Shown here piece after piece: positions 39,680-40,000 of a stretch of 40,000 nucleotides of DNA. The DNA comes from an uncultured Solirubrobacterales bacterium. Lineage in GTDB: Bacteria; Actinomycetota; Thermoleophilia; Solirubrobacterales; Solirubrobacteraceae. The notes below the pieces were generated by a model that made no database searches, was not told where the DNA came from, and worked only from the letters and a program-made list of their open reading frames with translations. The stretch spans positions 1,673,702-1,713,701 of the forward strand of contig OY969817.1 of NCBI GenBank assembly GCA_963703395.1, written 5' to 3'. Each line of letters starts with the position of its first letter. Positions within the stretch are counted from its first letter, which is position 1. The position numbers were made by a program, and so were the translations under genes.

Positions 39680-40000
39680 CTACGGGTGAAGGAAGTACAG
39701 GAGCACCAGGCCGACGGCGGCGAGCGCTGAGAGCAGTCCCACGGTGCTCGCCTTCAGCTCGCTCGCTCCCCGCCGGCCGGCTTCCCCGGACTCCAGCGCC
39801 TGCAACCGTTTGTTCGTCGTGTCCGCTTTCCGGTCGTTCTGTTCAACGAACGTCGTGAACTGCCGTCCCGTTGCCTCCTCCGCCTTATCGACTGCCTGTT
39901 TCTGAGCGTCCGCCTTCGCGACCACCTCACGGCGCAGACCATCCAGCTTCTCCTCGAACAGCCGGTCCGTGTCCGCTAGCCGGCGGTCGAGCTGTTTTTG
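39680..40000 (-). CDS. coiled-coil protein with C-terminal TM anchor (5' end outside window)
   Basis: The frame is open to the window edge (QKQLDRRLADTDRLFEEKLDGLRREVVAKADAQKQAVDKAEEA...). The C-terminal anchor reads TVGLLSALAAVGLVLLYFL. Confidence 0.5.
   Translation of the reverse strand, partial: QKQLDRRLADTDRLFEEKLDGLRREVVAKADAQKQAVDKAEEATGRQFTTFVEQNDRKADTTNKRLQALESGEAGRRGASELKASTVGLLSALAAVGLVLLYFLHP

Overview
High-GC, actinobacterium-like chromosomal window with four blocks. The phylum guess rests only on composition, an F420/deazaflavin-type enzyme and leaderless-style promoters. (1) 1-4.9 kb holds ordinary core genes: a 3-hydroxyacyl-CoA dehydrogenase C-terminus, trxB, a TetR regulator with small membrane proteins, a crotonase-family enzyme and a Ddn-like deazaflavin-dependent nitroreductase. 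(2) 4.95-21.95 kb is a composite, decayed integrative island at tRNA-Pro(GGG). Two direct copies of the tRNA 3' half (4953-5009 and 7502-7558) lie upstream of the intact tRNA-Pro (21872-21945), which is followed by tRNA-Gly. Between them are a HigB/HigA-like toxin-antitoxin pair, an intact IS66-family element, a frameshifted tyrosine integrase, an IS110 remnant and an intact IS701-family element. The cargo also includes one 8.4-kb gene for a secreted ~2800-aa multi-repeat surface protein, a decayed SARP-type regulator and an AAA+ ATPase. (3) 22-28.9 kb is core and envelope genes: an SDR, a PQQ-like beta-propeller, a large polytopic membrane protein, a lipoprotein, a flippase-like protein and an AraC DNA-binding-domain-only gene. 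(4) 28.9 kb to the window end is a prophage-like element. It has an intact tyrosine integrase, an XRE/Cro-like gene with a near-consensus promoter and a translationally coupled operon of orphan genes. It also has an RlpA-like protein, a tRNA-like element, two HNH nucleases and a lysis cassette (GH25 muramidase, holin-like protein, papain-like peptidase). No CRISPR array or rRNA was seen. The most unusual item is the giant island-borne surface protein, especially its seven Cys-pair repeats and its AT-richer orphan C-terminal domain. All functional calls come from motif recognition by eye, with no database search.
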